Positions 35,720 to 45,637 of a stretch of DNA of 64,000 nucleotides are shown here, piece after piece. The notes beneath the pieces are model-generated. The model had not been told where the DNA came from. It was given only the letters and a program-made list of their open reading frames with translations, and searched no databases. This stretch comes from a virus (lineage: Duplodnaviria > Caudoviricetes). Positions within the stretch are counted from its first letter, which is position 1; every line of letters starts with the position of its first letter. The stretch covers positions 1 through 64,000 of IMG/VR virus record IMGVR_UViG_2857083903_000001, one strand, 5' to 3'. Made by a program: the position numbers and the translations under genes.

Positions 35720-37108
35720 GTGTCCCCCAGCATCCCCGCACAGCAACACGACCCTGCCGATGACACCGAACCGTGGGACGCCAAGCCCGACGGATGGAGC
35801 CGTACGCCCCCGCGAGACCTGGACGCCGAGCAGTCCGTCCTCGGGTCCCTGCTGCTGTCCGGGAGCCCCGGCAGCGCGTCGTCCCGGTACTTTGCCGAGG
35901 TCCTCGAGACCGGTCTCGTTGCCGAGGAGTACTACCGGCCCGCGCACCAGACCATCCACCGCGCGATCTGTGACCTCCACCAGGCCGGCGAGGCCGTGGA
36001 CCCGGTCACGGTCGCCGACAAGCTCACCGAACGCGGCGAGATCACCCGTGCCGGCGGGCGTGCCTACCTGCATGCCTGCGTGCAGGCCGCTCCGACGGTC
36101 GCCAACGGCCCGTACTACGCCGAGATCGTCCGGGCCAAGGCGTACCGGCGGGCGGTCATCGACGCGGCGCAGCGCGTCCTGGAGTACGCGTACAGCGAGG
36201 AAGGCGACGAGAACGAAGTCCGGGACCTGGTCGAGCGGCAGCTCACCGAAATCATCTCGGGCATCTCCGGACTGCACGAGGCGCCCCCCACCGTCGGTGA
36301 CCTCTACCTCGACTTCGTGTCTGACCTCGAGGACATCCAGAACGGGCAGCAGATCGGCCTGCCCTACGGCTTCGAGGACCTGGACACCCTGACCTCGGGC
36401 ATGCGGCCGGGCAACGTGAGCGTGGTGGCGGCACAGTCCGGCGTGGGCAAGTCCACGTTCGCCCTGAACGCCGCGGTCGCCGCCGCAAAGACAGGCGCGC
36501 GGGTGATGTTCTCCTCGCTGGAAATGAGCAGCACCGAACTCATGCAGAAGATCGCCGCCGCGGAGGGGAAGATCGCCCTGCACCACCTGACGCACCAGGG
36601 CGGGCTTACAGCCGAGGGCTGGGAGACGGTGAGGCGTCTTGGTCCGGAGCTGTTCCAGACGCTGCCGTTGCGGGTCTACCGGCCCGACGGCGCGTCCCTT
36701 GGCGACATCGCTTCAGCGGCACGGGCCTGCGCCCGCGACGGCGGCCTGGAACTCCTCGTCGTGGACTACCTCCAGCTCGTCGAGGTCGAGCAGTCCCGCA
36801 GCATCACCCGCGAGCAGGCCGTGGCGTCCGTGTCCCGCGGTCTGAAGAACCTGTCGGTGGAGCTGGGCTGCCACGTCATCGCCCTGTCGCAGCTCAACGA
36901 CGACGGCTTGATGCGCGAGTCTCGGGCGATCAAGAACGATGCCTCGGTTGTCATCAAGGTCGAGCGGCCGGACGCGGACGAGCCGGAGTCAGCGCGGGCC
37001 GGCGAAGTCGACCTGGTGGTCGAGAAGAACAGGTTCGGGCCCACTGCCTGTGTCACCGTGGCTGCGCAGCTCCACTACTCGCGCTTCGTGGACATGACGC
37101 AGACCTGA
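35720..37108 (+). CDS. dnaB: Replicative DNA helicase, DnaB family
   Basis: AEQSVLGSLL N-domain, Walker A QSGVGKS, SLEMS, VVDYLQL, LSQLN, KNRFGP. Confidence 0.95.
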   Translation: MSPSIPAQQHDPADDTEPWDAKPDGWSRTPPRDLDAEQSVLGSLLLSGSPGSASSRYFAEVLETGLVAEEYYRPAHQTIHRAICDLHQAGEAVDPVTVADKLTERGEITRAGGRAYLHACVQAAPTVANGPYYAEIVRAKAYRRAVIDAAQRVLEYAYSEEGDENEVRDLVERQLTEIISGISGLHEAPPTVGDLYLDFVSDLEDIQNGQQIGLPYGFEDLDTLTSGMRPGNVSVVAAQSGVGKSTFALNAAVAAAKTGARVMFSSLEMSSTELMQKIAAAEGKIALHHLTHQGGLTAEGWETVRRLGPELFQTLPLRVYRPDGASLGDIASAARACARDGGLELLVVDYLQLVEVEQSRSITREQAVASVSRGLKNLSVELGCHVIALSQLNDDGLMRESRAIKNDASVVIKVERPDADEPESARAGEVDLVVEKNRFGPTACVTVAAQLHYSRFVDMTQT

Positions 37109-37170
37109 CCGCCCTCGCGGCGCCCCTGCACTCCGGTCTGGGGGTGCCGGTCTGCAACTCACCCCGTCGT

Positions 37171-37204
37171 AAGCATTGCGGCCCCATGCCTACACGGGTA
37201 TGGT
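37171..37204 (+). promoter_or_regulatory. Sigma70-type promoter TTGCGG-N17-TATGGT with GCAT-N9-ATGC operator
   Basis: One of four near-identical copies. Confidence 0.75.
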
Positions 37205-37239
37205 CAGTGTTGCAGGTCCCGCCGGAAGGGGAGTCGGAA

Positions 37240-37785
37240 ATGCACACCACGGTTCACGAACAGACGCAGGCCACGGAAATCCCGTGCCTCGCCTACGACA
37301 TCAAGAACCAAGCCCCGACCCAGCGACTCGAAGCAGACGAGGCCGGAGACGCCGTCGTCAAGCACTTCCGCCGTGGCGCCACCATCCACGAGTACGACAC
37401 CACCGACCGTGATGGCATCCCCCTACACGTCGTCATCGCCACCACGGCCGATCAAGGCACCGTCTACGAGTTCCCCGAGACCCCCGCCACCGTCTCGACC
37501 GCATCCTCGCCGCAAGCCGCCACACCGGAGCCTCAGATCGCGCGGCCCGCCCCCACTGGCGCCTATGCTGCCGCCCTCAAGACGTGCCGCGCCAAGGGCG
37601 CCACTCACGCCCCCGGCGATGCCCTCATGGCCGGACTGTGCCAGGACGTCGTCCAGATCCTCGCCGGCGCCGTCTCCCCGCAGCTCGTGTGGGAAGGCGC
37701 CGTCAAGAAGGGCCTGACTGCGAAGCAACTCCTGATCCTGTGCCATGCCGACTACGCGGCTGTCGATGACCTTCAGTGGGTCTGA
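37240..37785 (+). CDS. Hypothetical protein
   Basis: ATG after GGGGAG RBS, downstream of promoter. Confidence 0.7.
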   Translation: MHTTVHEQTQATEIPCLAYDIKNQAPTQRLEADEAGDAVVKHFRRGATIHEYDTTDRDGIPLHVVIATTADQGTVYEFPETPATVSTASSPQAATPEPQIARPAPTGAYAAALKTCRAKGATHAPGDALMAGLCQDVVQILAGAVSPQLVWEGAVKKGLTAKQLLILCHADYAAVDDLQWV

Positions 37786-37872
37786 TCCACCCGCCAGCCT
37801 TCACCACCGTCACCGAAGCACTCGCCCTCCTCGCAACCATCCGGCAACTCCGCTAGCCGAAAGGAACCCGCC

Positions 37873-38058
37873 ATGAGCACCGGCCGCATCCACGAGACCG
37901 ACGCAGTGCAGCGAGGCGGCATCGGCCGCACTCTCCCCGTCACCGTCCTCACCGACGACGGCACCCACGCCGTCGTACGCGTCCAGGACAGCGGCCTGTA
38001 CTTGAAGGCGGGTGACACCCGCACCGTTCCGTCCAGCATCATCACGCCGCAGCACTGA
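37873..38058 (+). CDS. Small hypothetical protein
   Basis: GAAGGA RBS; followed by a hairpin terminator. Confidence 0.6.
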   Translation: MSTGRIHETDAVQRGGIGRTLPVTVLTDDGTHAVVRVQDSGLYLKAGDTRTVPSSIITPQH

Positions 38059-38134
38059 CCCCCACACCCCCCGATCCGGCCCCGGCCGCCGTCCCCCTCG
38101 GCAGCCGGGGTCCTTCGTTTGTTCGAGGCACAGT

Positions 38135-38317
38135 TCAGTCGGCCGGCGTCCACGGCGGTGCGGGGCTGGTGCTTTCCCCACCACAGAACCAGCAGGTGAA
38201 CGTGTCCGGCGCCTGATACTTCTGTGTCCACCAGGACATCACCGGCTCGCACCAGACGGCACACTCTTCCCCGCACCAGCCGCACACGAAGACGAAGTCC
38301 ACCCGACAGTCCCCCAC
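38135..38317 (-). CDS. Small Cys-rich (zinc-binding) protein
   Basis: CGWC...CWFC, 60 aa. Confidence 0.45.
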   Translation of the reverse strand: MGDCRVDFVFVCGWCGEECAVWCEPVMSWWTQKYQAPDTFTCWFCGGESTSPAPPWTPAD

Positions 38318-38396
38318 TTCGTACCGTCATGTCCTCGAGGCCATGGTCCCCCATCGCCTAGGGAACGACCGGCGGAAACAGCGGGACCCTGAGGAC

Positions 38397-38651
38397 ATGA
38401 CCCCACCGATCCTCGCTTGCAAGGGCTGCGGCGCTACGAAGCCCGAACCTGACGGCACTCCCACCGACCTTTTCCCATCCGAGCACTGCGGCGACTGCCC
38501 GCCCTGGACGTGCGAAGACTGCGGAGCGACCTGCTCCGCTACGGCCCTCTGCTCCTGCTGGACAAGCCTCAACGACATGACCACCGCAGACATCAAGGCA
38601 ATCTTCGCCACAGACGGAACCTTCAACCTGCGGCCGGTGATCGAACCATGA
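38397..38651 (+). CDS. Small Cys-rich protein, probably leaderless
   Basis: CKGC, CGDC, CEDC, CSC; ATG 6 nt after GGGAAC-N18-GACCCT promoter. Confidence 0.6.
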   Translation: MTPPILACKGCGATKPEPDGTPTDLFPSEHCGDCPPWTCEDCGATCSATALCSCWTSLNDMTTADIKAIFATDGTFNLRPVIEP

Positions 38652-39016
38652 CCAGCCGCCCCATGGTGGGCGTCGGCATGCCGGCTGCCCTCCACCTCGA
38701 AGCGTTCGGCCGGGAGATCGACGCCGCGTTCGGGCACCTCCCGTACCTCGTCGGCACTGCAGCCGTCGGCAAGCAGTGGCGCGACGTAGACGTCCGCCTC
38801 ATCCTCCCCGACGAGGAGTTCGACACTCTGTTCCCGGCCGTTGATCCGGAACAGCCTGACGGCCGGTGGGGCCTACTGTGCGCGGCCCTGTCCGAACTCG
38901 CCCGCCAGCGCACCGGCCTCCCTGTCGACTTCCAGATCCAGCGCATGAGCGTCGCCAACGACCGCTACCCAGGTCCGCGTCTCGCCCTCGGCATCCACGA
39001 CAGGAATGGCCAGTAG
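38648..39016 (+). CDS. Minimal nucleotidyltransferase (Pol-beta fold)
   Basis: YLVGT.......RDVDVRLIL (G[S/T]..DxD) and a third Asp in PVDFQ. Confidence 0.7.
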   Translation: MTSRPMVGVGMPAALHLEAFGREIDAAFGHLPYLVGTAAVGKQWRDVDVRLILPDEEFDTLFPAVDPEQPDGRWGLLCAALSELARQRTGLPVDFQIQRMSVANDRYPGPRLALGIHDRNGQ

Positions 39017-39051
39017 GAACGGCACGGAGCGATCGGGCTGGCCCGCACGCT

Positions 39052-39267
39052 CTACGCCGCGGTGCCTGGTCCGGCTTCGCGTGGGTCTCCGATGGGCCGG
39101 GTGAGTGCGTCGTCTGTGAGCAGCCGGCGTTCGGGTGCGGTGGCGTCCAGCTCGAAGTAGTGGAGGCATTCTTCGCAGCGGACGCCGTCGATGAGGACCT
39201 CGTCCTCGGCGTTGGGGCAGTCGGTGCCGTCTCCGCGTCCGGGGCATCGTTCGCGTGTGTCTGCCAT
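39052..39267 (-). CDS. Small hypothetical protein
   Basis: 71 aa with four Cys. Confidence 0.4.
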   Translation of the reverse strand: MADTRERCPGRGDGTDCPNAEDEVLIDGVRCEECLHYFELDATAPERRLLTDDALTRPIGDPREAGPGTAA

Positions 39268-39447
39268 GGGTTGACGGTGCGTCGCCTGCCGGGGGTGTGG
39301 GAGTGGGCGTGGTGGGGCGCACGGGTGTGCGGGTCGGGCAGGGCGGCACTTTGGTGGTCTGGAGTCTCACTGGCCTGGTGTGAGGGCCTGTCTGGTGGGT
39401 GTTGGTGGTTGGGCGGTGAGGGTTCCTGCCCACTCATCCCCGCATGG

Positions 39448-39479
39448 GCATTGTGGCCCCATGCTTAGAGCGGTATGGT
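39448..39479 (+). promoter_or_regulatory. Sigma70-type promoter TTGTGG-N17-TATGGT with GCAT-N9-ATGC operator
   Basis: Second copy of the motif. Confidence 0.75.
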
Positions 39480-39601
39480 TGCAGTCCCTCCCCCACCACC
39501 CAACCCCACCTGCGGCCACCCGCAATCAGGCGGAGGGAACAAACCCACACCCCCACGGCACGATCAAAGCCAACGCCCCCACCCACACCGGGAGGCCACC
39601 C

Positions 39602-39898
39602 ATGAAGGTCCGCGCCGACGTCGCCGAACTCATCTACCAAGGCTTCAACAACGCCGAGATCCGTGAACGCACCGGACTCTCCGGACAGGCCATAGGCGCC
39701 GCACGCCGCCGCCTCCAGCGCCCCAACGCCCCCACCCGCCGCGACACCACCGCCCTCGAGCGGCTGTACGCCGAAGCCCTGCCGACCGGCCGGGTCAAGG
39801 ACTGGAAGCCCGCCACCGGCCGCACCCCGCTCTCCCCCGCCCAGCAGCGCGCCAACCGGGAACGGCTCCTCGCCGCCCTACGCGAACCCGCCGCCTAG
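39602..39898 (+). CDS. HTH domain protein
   Basis: GFNNAEIRERTGLS...IGAARRRL HTH; GGGAGG RBS. Confidence 0.7.
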   Translation: MKVRADVAELIYQGFNNAEIRERTGLSGQAIGAARRRLQRPNAPTRRDTTALERLYAEALPTGRVKDWKPATGRTPLSPAQQRANRERLLAALREPAA

Positions 39899-39929
39899 CC
39901 CGCCACGACCCGACACCGCGGAGACGTAC

Positions 39930-40475
39930 ATGACCGCCACACCTCCCACCACCCAAGCCATCGAAGGCCGCCGCGTCACCCTCAACTACACCAACAACCC
40001 CAAAACACACCCCGGTGTCATCACCCGAACCGAGACCACCACCAACGGGGTCCTGCTCACCCTCGTCCGCCTCGACGGCCACCGGTCCAGCATCGCAATC
40101 CCCGCCGACCACGACGGCCTCCGCTACCTCAACGAGGTCGGCCCGATCCCCGACCTGCCCATGGGCCGCTTCCAGCCCAGCACACGGCATCCCGCCATGG
40201 ACTGGGAGTACGACGGCGTCATCGTCCTCGAGTTCGAAGACGGTGACATCGCCGCGATCACCGGAGACCGCATCAAGGCCGTCGCCGCGGTCGCCACCTA
40301 CCTCCGCGAGCGACACGACCTCGACGAGACCGCCATCGGCAAGGAACTGGTCGAGCTGAAGTTGAAGGAGGTCGTTTTCGAGTGGGAGCCCGAGGGCGCC
40401 GAGTGTGCCTGGCTCATGCAGTGGGCTGACCGCGACCCCGAGGCCCTGCCGGTCCACTACCTGCCCTCGTTGTGA
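39930..40475 (+). CDS. Hypothetical protein
   Basis: 181 aa, GGAG RBS, GC-rich third positions. Confidence 0.7.
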   Translation: MTATPPTTQAIEGRRVTLNYTNNPKTHPGVITRTETTTNGVLLTLVRLDGHRSSIAIPADHDGLRYLNEVGPIPDLPMGRFQPSTRHPAMDWEYDGVIVLEFEDGDIAAITGDRIKAVAAVATYLRERHDLDETAIGKELVELKLKEVVFEWEPEGAECAWLMQWADRDPEALPVHYLPSL

Positions 40476-40666
40476 CTCGCTGCCGTGGGTGTGGTCGTCG
40501 TCTGTCCCGCCCGTCCCCGACCGGATTCGGGCCCGTCTGCGCCCGCCGCCAAGGCATCACCCGACGCCGGCCAGCACCCGTGCGCCTGCCACCCGCACCC
40601 GACACCGTGCCCGGCCAGACCGAGATACCGCTCTACGTCCACCAGCCCACCCTCTGGTCAGCCTGA
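40472..40666 (+). CDS. Zinc-ribbon protein (DUF6011-like)
   Basis: CRGCGRRL.....GFGPVC motif. Confidence 0.7.
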   Translation: MTRCRGCGRRLSRPSPTGFGPVCARRQGITRRRPAPVRLPPAPDTVPGQTEIPLYVHQPTLWSA

Positions 40667-40765
40667 CCGACCCGCAGACGCCCGCACAGCCCCACCCCCG
40701 ACCCAGACACCACCCCACCCCGTGAACACGCCCCACACAGGCGCACAGACCCGAAAGGCAGACAC

Positions 40766-41245
40766 GTGACCGACATCGCCAACCCCACCGACTGGTCCGA
40801 CTACGACTTCCTGGAGTTCGAAGGCTTCGTCTCCAAGGTCGAGAACGAAGGCTTCACCTACGCCGCCGAGGAGTACAGCCCCAAGTTCGAAAGCCCCGAA
40901 CTCCAGGCCATCGCCAACGACTTCGGCAAGCTGCGCGCCTTCTACCTGGAGCACGAGCCGAAGATCGACGCCTGGTACCAGCAGGTCGGCCCGGAGCGCG
41001 CTTGCGACCTCCACAACGCCCACGTCGACGAGGAGCGCCAGCGCCGCGAGGACGCCTGCCTGTTCGGCATCCGCTGCACCGACGGCCAAGTGATCACCTG
41101 CGGTAGCGAGCAGTACCGGGATCAGCTCTCCGCCGACCTGCTAGCCCGAGAAGGCAACGGCTGGCGCGTTCCCGAAGCCCTCCTCCGCCGCGACACCCCC
41201 GGCGGCCAGTGGACCGACGAACGCCCCGCCCGCCCCGCCGCCTGA
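40766..41245 (+). CDS. Hypothetical protein
   Basis: 159 aa, GAAAGG RBS. Confidence 0.7.
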   Translation: MTDIANPTDWSDYDFLEFEGFVSKVENEGFTYAAEEYSPKFESPELQAIANDFGKLRAFYLEHEPKIDAWYQQVGPERACDLHNAHVDEERQRREDACLFGIRCTDGQVITCGSEQYRDQLSADLLAREGNGWRVPEALLRRDTPGGQWTDERPARPAA

Positions 41246-41293
41246 CCTGCGGTTCCGCGCCCGCACCCCACCCCAACACACCCGGAGGAAACC

Positions 41294-42295
41294 GTGAAGA
41301 TCCCGCCCGCGCTCCTCGCCACACTGAAGGACCGCGCCCACACCGACGGCAACCGGCTCACCCTCACCGGCCCCCGCCTGGACCCGCGCACCTACCAGCA
41401 GATCAACGAGATCCTTGAAGCCGTCGGCGGCCGATGGACCTCCAGCGAGGGCGCCCACCTGTTCCCCACCGACGCCGACACCGCCCTGGCCCCCGTGTAC
41501 GCCACCGGCAGCGTCGTCACCCTGCGGGAGAAGCGGCAGTCCGCCCAGTACTTCCCCACCCCGAAGCCCGTCGTCCAGCGGCTCATCGACCTCGCCAAGC
41601 TCACGCCGGGCGTGCGGGTGCTGGAGCCGTCCGCCGGCTCGGGCGCCATAGCCGGTGCCGTGACCGAGGCAGGCGCAACCGTGGACTGCATCGAGCGCGA
41701 CCCTGGCTACGCCGCCGTCCTCGCCGACGCCGGACACCAGGTGCACGCCGCCGACTTCCTCACCGTGCCCGCCGAAGCTGCCTACGACCGGGTGGTGATG
41801 AACCCGCCCTTCACCAAGGGCGCCGACATGCAGCACGTCGAGCACGCGCTCAGGTTCCTCAAGCCCGACGGGCTGCTGGTGTCGGTCATGTCATGGACAG
41901 TGACCACCGAGTCCCGCGCCACCGCGAAGTTCCGGACGCTCGTCGAAGCCCGAGGCGGCACGGTCGAGGCGGTCGGCAAGGGCGCGTTCCGGGAGTCCGG
42001 CACCGACGTGCCCACCGTCATCGTCACCATTCCCGCCACCCGGCCGGCCGATGCGCAGCCCACCACCTGGCCCACCCGCAAGACGCCGCCGGCCACGGAG
42101 TCAGAGTTCGAGGACCCGGCCGCTATCGCTGCCGAGATCATCGCCAGCCTGAAGGAAGCCACCGCCCAGTTCGAGAAGGTGGCCGCCGCCCTCGAACGGC
42201 CCGCACCGCCAACCCCGGCCCGCCCGGTGGACGTTGTGCCGCTTCCCCAGCGCACGCAGGACCAGCTGTTCTTCGACTTCGACGGCGCCGCGTAG
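41294..42295 (+). CDS. Orphan amino (N6-adenine type) DNA methyltransferase
   Basis: YFPTP, VLEPSAGSG (motif I), VMNPPF (motif IV), FRESGT. Confidence 0.85.
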   Translation: MKIPPALLATLKDRAHTDGNRLTLTGPRLDPRTYQQINEILEAVGGRWTSSEGAHLFPTDADTALAPVYATGSVVTLREKRQSAQYFPTPKPVVQRLIDLAKLTPGVRVLEPSAGSGAIAGAVTEAGATVDCIERDPGYAAVLADAGHQVHAADFLTVPAEAAYDRVVMNPPFTKGADMQHVEHALRFLKPDGLLVSVMSWTVTTESRATAKFRTLVEARGGTVEAVGKGAFRESGTDVPTVIVTIPATRPADAQPTTWPTRKTPPATESEFEDPAAIAAEIIASLKEATAQFEKVAAALERPAPPTPARPVDVVPLPQRTQDQLFFDFDGAA

Positions 42296-42392
42296 TCGCG
42301 CCCCGGGGACTGCACCCCATGACCCGCGCACGGCTCGGCGGTGGAGCTATCACCGCCGAGCCGGCAGCCGAAACCCTACGACTGGAGACCAC

Positions 42393-43679
42393 GTGAACCA
42401 CACCGACCCGACCGCCCGGCCGCCGCTTCTCGCTGCTGCCCTCGCCCTGGAGTTGGACCGGGATGCTGCGTCCACCGGGGAAAGCGCTGATTACTGGCGC
42501 GGTATGACGCGAGCCGTGGAGCTGCTGCGCATCCTGAACCAGGACGAGCCTGCCGCGCCTGTGCTGGTGTCCCCGCCGCCGGACCACGCCCCCCTCCGAG
42601 ACCGTGTGGCTGCGGCTGCGCGCACGGTGTCGCTGCGCCTGGGCCCGAACGCGCTGGCTATGGCCGAGCGTGGGGAACCGATCATCCTGTCTGGCGGCGA
42701 GGCCGACATGGTGGCCGACGCGGTCCTGGCGGTGCTGCCCGAGTCGGGCCGGGCCGCCACCCTGCTCGACGCAGCCGAGGCGATCGACGCCGAGACCCGA
42801 CAGTTGAAGGCCGATGGTGTGCTGGAGCCGGACAAGTTCCGTCCGTGCCGGGACGTAGCCGAGCAGCTGCGCCGTCTGGCCGCCGAGGCGCCCACCTGCA
42901 CGCCTGGCCAGCCGTGCAACGCCGCCGTGATGCATCGCCTCGGCAACCTGGCCACAACCCACGGCCCGCACCTGTGGGTCGTGCAGCCGGGCATGGACCC
43001 CGTCCGCTGCCCCGGTACACCGATGCCGCAGTCTGAGGCGGGGGAGGCGCCCACTGTCACCTCCAACACTGATGGTGGTGTGATCCTGCACCTGCCGGAG
43101 ATCACGCACCTGGACACCCAGGTGTGGTCCGTCGACATCGGCCTCACCCCCGAGGGGCTGGCCGCGCTCCGGGCCGTGCTGAACGGAGCCGAGGCACCCC
43201 AGCCCGACACCGAGGCGCGGCCCCGGCAGGCGTCGTGGCGTGTCGAGACCTATGACCCCGATGCGGGCGAGTGGGCGCCTGGGAGCCACTTCCTGTGCCG
43301 GGAGGCTGCTGTCGAGCGGCGGGACACCGCGACTGAGCGCGCCCCCCGGTGGGCGGACGACACCCCGGTTCAGCGGCGGATCGTCCGGGAGACGACCACC
43401 TACAGCGTGGAGCCGCCCAGCACTGGCGTGCCGACGTTGCTGCAGCTCGCTGATGCCGACCCCGAATACAGGGAGGTGCTGCTGAAGCGCGGCGACGAGA
43501 TGACCGCCGTGTCCCAGCCTGCGGCAGACGGCGGCGAGGAGACGCCGCTCACGGTCACCACCCACCCGACCCGCTGCTGGCCGTGCATGACCGACGACTG
43601 CCCCACCGGGCCGCACCAGGTCGACGACATGCCGGACGTGGCCTGCGGCTGCGGATGCGTCAGCGAGGGGACGCGATGA
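42393..43679 (+). CDS. Hypothetical mosaic phage protein
   Basis: GTG after GGAG; [10 protein letters not shown] motif common in Streptomyces phage accessory genes. Confidence 0.65.
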   Translation: MNHTDPTARPPLLAAALALELDRDAASTGESADYWRGMTRAVELLRILNQDEPAAPVLVSPPPDHAPLRDRVAAAARTVSLRLGPNALAMAERGEPIILSGGEADMVADAVLAVLPESGRAATLLDAAEAIDAETRQLKADGVLEPDKFRPCRDVAEQLRRLAAEAPTCTPGQPCNAAVMHRLGNLATTHGPHLWVVQPGMDPVRCPGTPMPQSEAGEAPTVTSNTDGGVILHLPEITHLDTQVWSVDIGLTPEGLAALRAVLNGAEAPQPDTEARPRQASWRVETYDPDAGEWAPGSHFLCREAAVERRDTATERAPRWADDTPVQRRIVRETTTYSVEPPSTGVPTLLQLADADPEYREVLLKRGDEMTAVSQPAADGGEETPLTVTTHPTRCWPCMTDDCPTGPHQVDDMPDVACGCGCVSEGTR

Positions 43680-44056
43680 CCCCCTACCGCGTCCTCGTCA
43701 CCGGCTCGCGCACGTGGACCGATGTGGGCGCCGTCCAGCGGGCGCTCGCTCGAGCCGCCGAAGGTGTGCCCGCCGGCCGGGAGCTGGTCGTGGTTCACGG
43801 TGACTGTCCGCGTGGTGCTGACGCGATGGCCGATCTGTGGGCTCGCCAGTGCGGCGCCACCATCGAGCGGCATGCTGCGGACTGGCGACCCAACGGTGTC
43901 TTCGACCGAGCGGCTGGCCCGCGCCGCAACGCCCGCATGGTCAGCCTCGGTGCCGACCTGTGCCTGGCGTTCATCCGTGACGGCAGCCGGGGCGCCACAC
44001 ACTGCGCCGACCTCGCCGAGAAGGCGGGCATCCCCGTCCGCCGCTACACCGCCTGA
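43676..44056 (+). CDS. SLOG-family protein (DUF2493/YspA-like)
   Basis: [29 protein letters not shown] motifs. Confidence 0.85.
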   Translation: MTPYRVLVTGSRTWTDVGAVQRALARAAEGVPAGRELVVVHGDCPRGADAMADLWARQCGATIERHAADWRPNGVFDRAAGPRRNARMVSLGADLCLAFIRDGSRGATHCADLAEKAGIPVRRYTA

Positions 44057-44102
44057 CCACCCACACCTCCAGCGCGCGGCGCTCCGACAGATAGGAAACC
44101 TT

Positions 44103-44435
44103 ATGAAAGGTCCCCGCAGCGACAACCTCGCCGTCTCCCGGGCCGTCGGCGCCAACGTTGCCGCACTACGCAGAACGCGCGGCATCTCCCAGCGCACGCT
44201 CGCCAGCACCACGGAACAGACAGGCAAGTCAGTCGGGTTCAGCACCATCTGCCGCATGGAGAAGGCCGCCGCACCCGGTGCCGCCCCCGTAGCGGTCTAC
44301 GTTGACGATGTCGTCTCCCTAGCCGCCGCCCTCGGCGTCACCGTTCAGCAGCTCATCACCACGCCCAATTGCAACGCCTGCATGGACAGCCCGCCGCCCG
44401 GATTCGCCTGTCGCACCTGCGGAGCCACCGCCTAA
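44103..44435 (+). CDS. XRE-family HTH protein with C-terminal zinc ribbon
   Basis: LRRTRGISQRTLA...TICRME; CNAC...CRTC. Confidence 0.8.
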   Translation: MKGPRSDNLAVSRAVGANVAALRRTRGISQRTLASTTEQTGKSVGFSTICRMEKAAAPGAAPVAVYVDDVVSLAAALGVTVQQLITTPNCNACMDSPPPGFACRTCGATA

Positions 44436-44698
44436 CCCCGCCCCTGTGGCCGCCTCCTTGTGCTCGGGGGCGGCCCCTGACCGGAAGGACTCCGATGACC
44501 CCCGCCGACTACGACTGTGACCCCCCAAGCCCTCGCATGGGCGTTCGCCAAAGTGCAGGCGTACATCGACCGGCTTGCCGACTTCGAACAGCAAGCCAAA
44601 GCAACACGTGACCACGGTCACGCCCGTTGTGGGCCTGCGGACCAGACGAAACCCCCCACCCCCGAGACAGTAGAAGCAACACACCCAAGGAGAACCCC

Positions 44699-44905
44699 AT
44701 GAGCAAGGACATGACCATCGCCGAGATCGTCGCCATGGCCAAGGCTGAGGCCGCCAAGCACCCCAACCGTGACACCGACAGCCCCCGCAACATCAACATC
44801 GGAGTCCTCCACGGCGGGCAGCACGTCAGCAACGTCACCATCACCGGCGACTACATCCCCAACAACAAGACCGGCAAGAGCAGCAAGAAGGGGAAGAAGG
44901 CATGA
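44699..44905 (+). CDS. Small hypothetical protein
   Basis: AAGGAG RBS, coupled to next gene. Confidence 0.6.
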   Translation: MSKDMTIAEIVAMAKAEAAKHPNRDTDSPRNINIGVLHGGQHVSNVTITGDYIPNNKTGKSSKKGKKA

Positions 44906-45351
44906 CCGCTGCCGCGTTCGCCGCCACCTACGCCGCCCTCACCGCCGCCCACGAAGTCGGCGACCATTGGACTCAAGTCGACGCCCAGGCTGCCGCCAAG
45001 GGACTACCGAACCGTGACGGCGCCCTCGCCTGCACCGAGCACGTCCTCACCTACACAGCCACCCAGGCCGCCGCCCTGTACGCCATCCACCGGGCCACCG
45101 GATTAAGACTGTCGTGGAGGCGGGCCGCCCTCGGGCTTGCCGTGTCCGCGGTCACGCACTACATCGCGGACCGGCAGGGCGGCCACTGGCAGGACAAACA
45201 GCCGCGCGGCATCGTCCGCCTCGCCGCCGCCACCGGGCACGCAGAATGGCTAGAGCGAGACCCGAACGCCGGGTACCTGATGGACCAGGCATGGCATAAG
45301 GGCTGGATCTTCATGGCCGCCCTGGTTGTCGCGGGCGGGCGTGAGCAGTGA
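44902..45351 (+). CDS. DUF3307-like membrane protein
   Basis: AHEVGDHWTQ, H..TY, HYIAD, DQAWH motifs; in-frame TTA at 45103. Confidence 0.75.
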   Translation: MTAAAFAATYAALTAAHEVGDHWTQVDAQAAAKGLPNRDGALACTEHVLTYTATQAAALYAIHRATGLRLSWRRAALGLAVSAVTHYIADRQGGHWQDKQPRGIVRLAAATGHAEWLERDPNAGYLMDQAWHKGWIFMAALVVAGGREQ

Positions 45352-45587
45352 ACGAGCCGACCGAGGAGGACCCGCACGCCTACCTCTCCTACCTCATGAC
45401 CGACGGGCAAGAGCAGGCGTGGGCCCGGCTCTACCGAGAGGCTGCCGAGTGGAAGCATGACAGGCGGTGGGAGCCGCCCAAGAAGTACGGGCTGCGGGCG
45501 GACGACTGGCCGCTCCCCGGCAAGGTCGTAGAGCCGGAGCCCTTCCGCCTCCGCCTCATCGCATCGGGCGGCGAGAGGCTCATCTGA
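45348..45587 (+). CDS. Hypothetical protein
   Basis: Coupled ORF before terminator. Confidence 0.55.
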   Translation: MNEPTEEDPHAYLSYLMTDGQEQAWARLYREAAEWKHDRRWEPPKKYGLRADDWPLPGKVVEPEPFRLRLIASGGERLI

Positions 45588-45600
45588 GGGCAACACACCA

Positions 45601-45637
45601 CGGTGCCCCCGCCTGACGGAAACAGGCGGGGGCACCG
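45601..45637. terminator. Intrinsic terminator hairpin
   Basis: Perfect stem CGGTGCCCCCGCCTG / CAGGCGGGGGCACCG. Confidence 0.75.

Noticed and set aside
41294-42295. Restriction-modification system
   Set aside because: No adjacent endonuclease; orphan methyltransferases are common in phages
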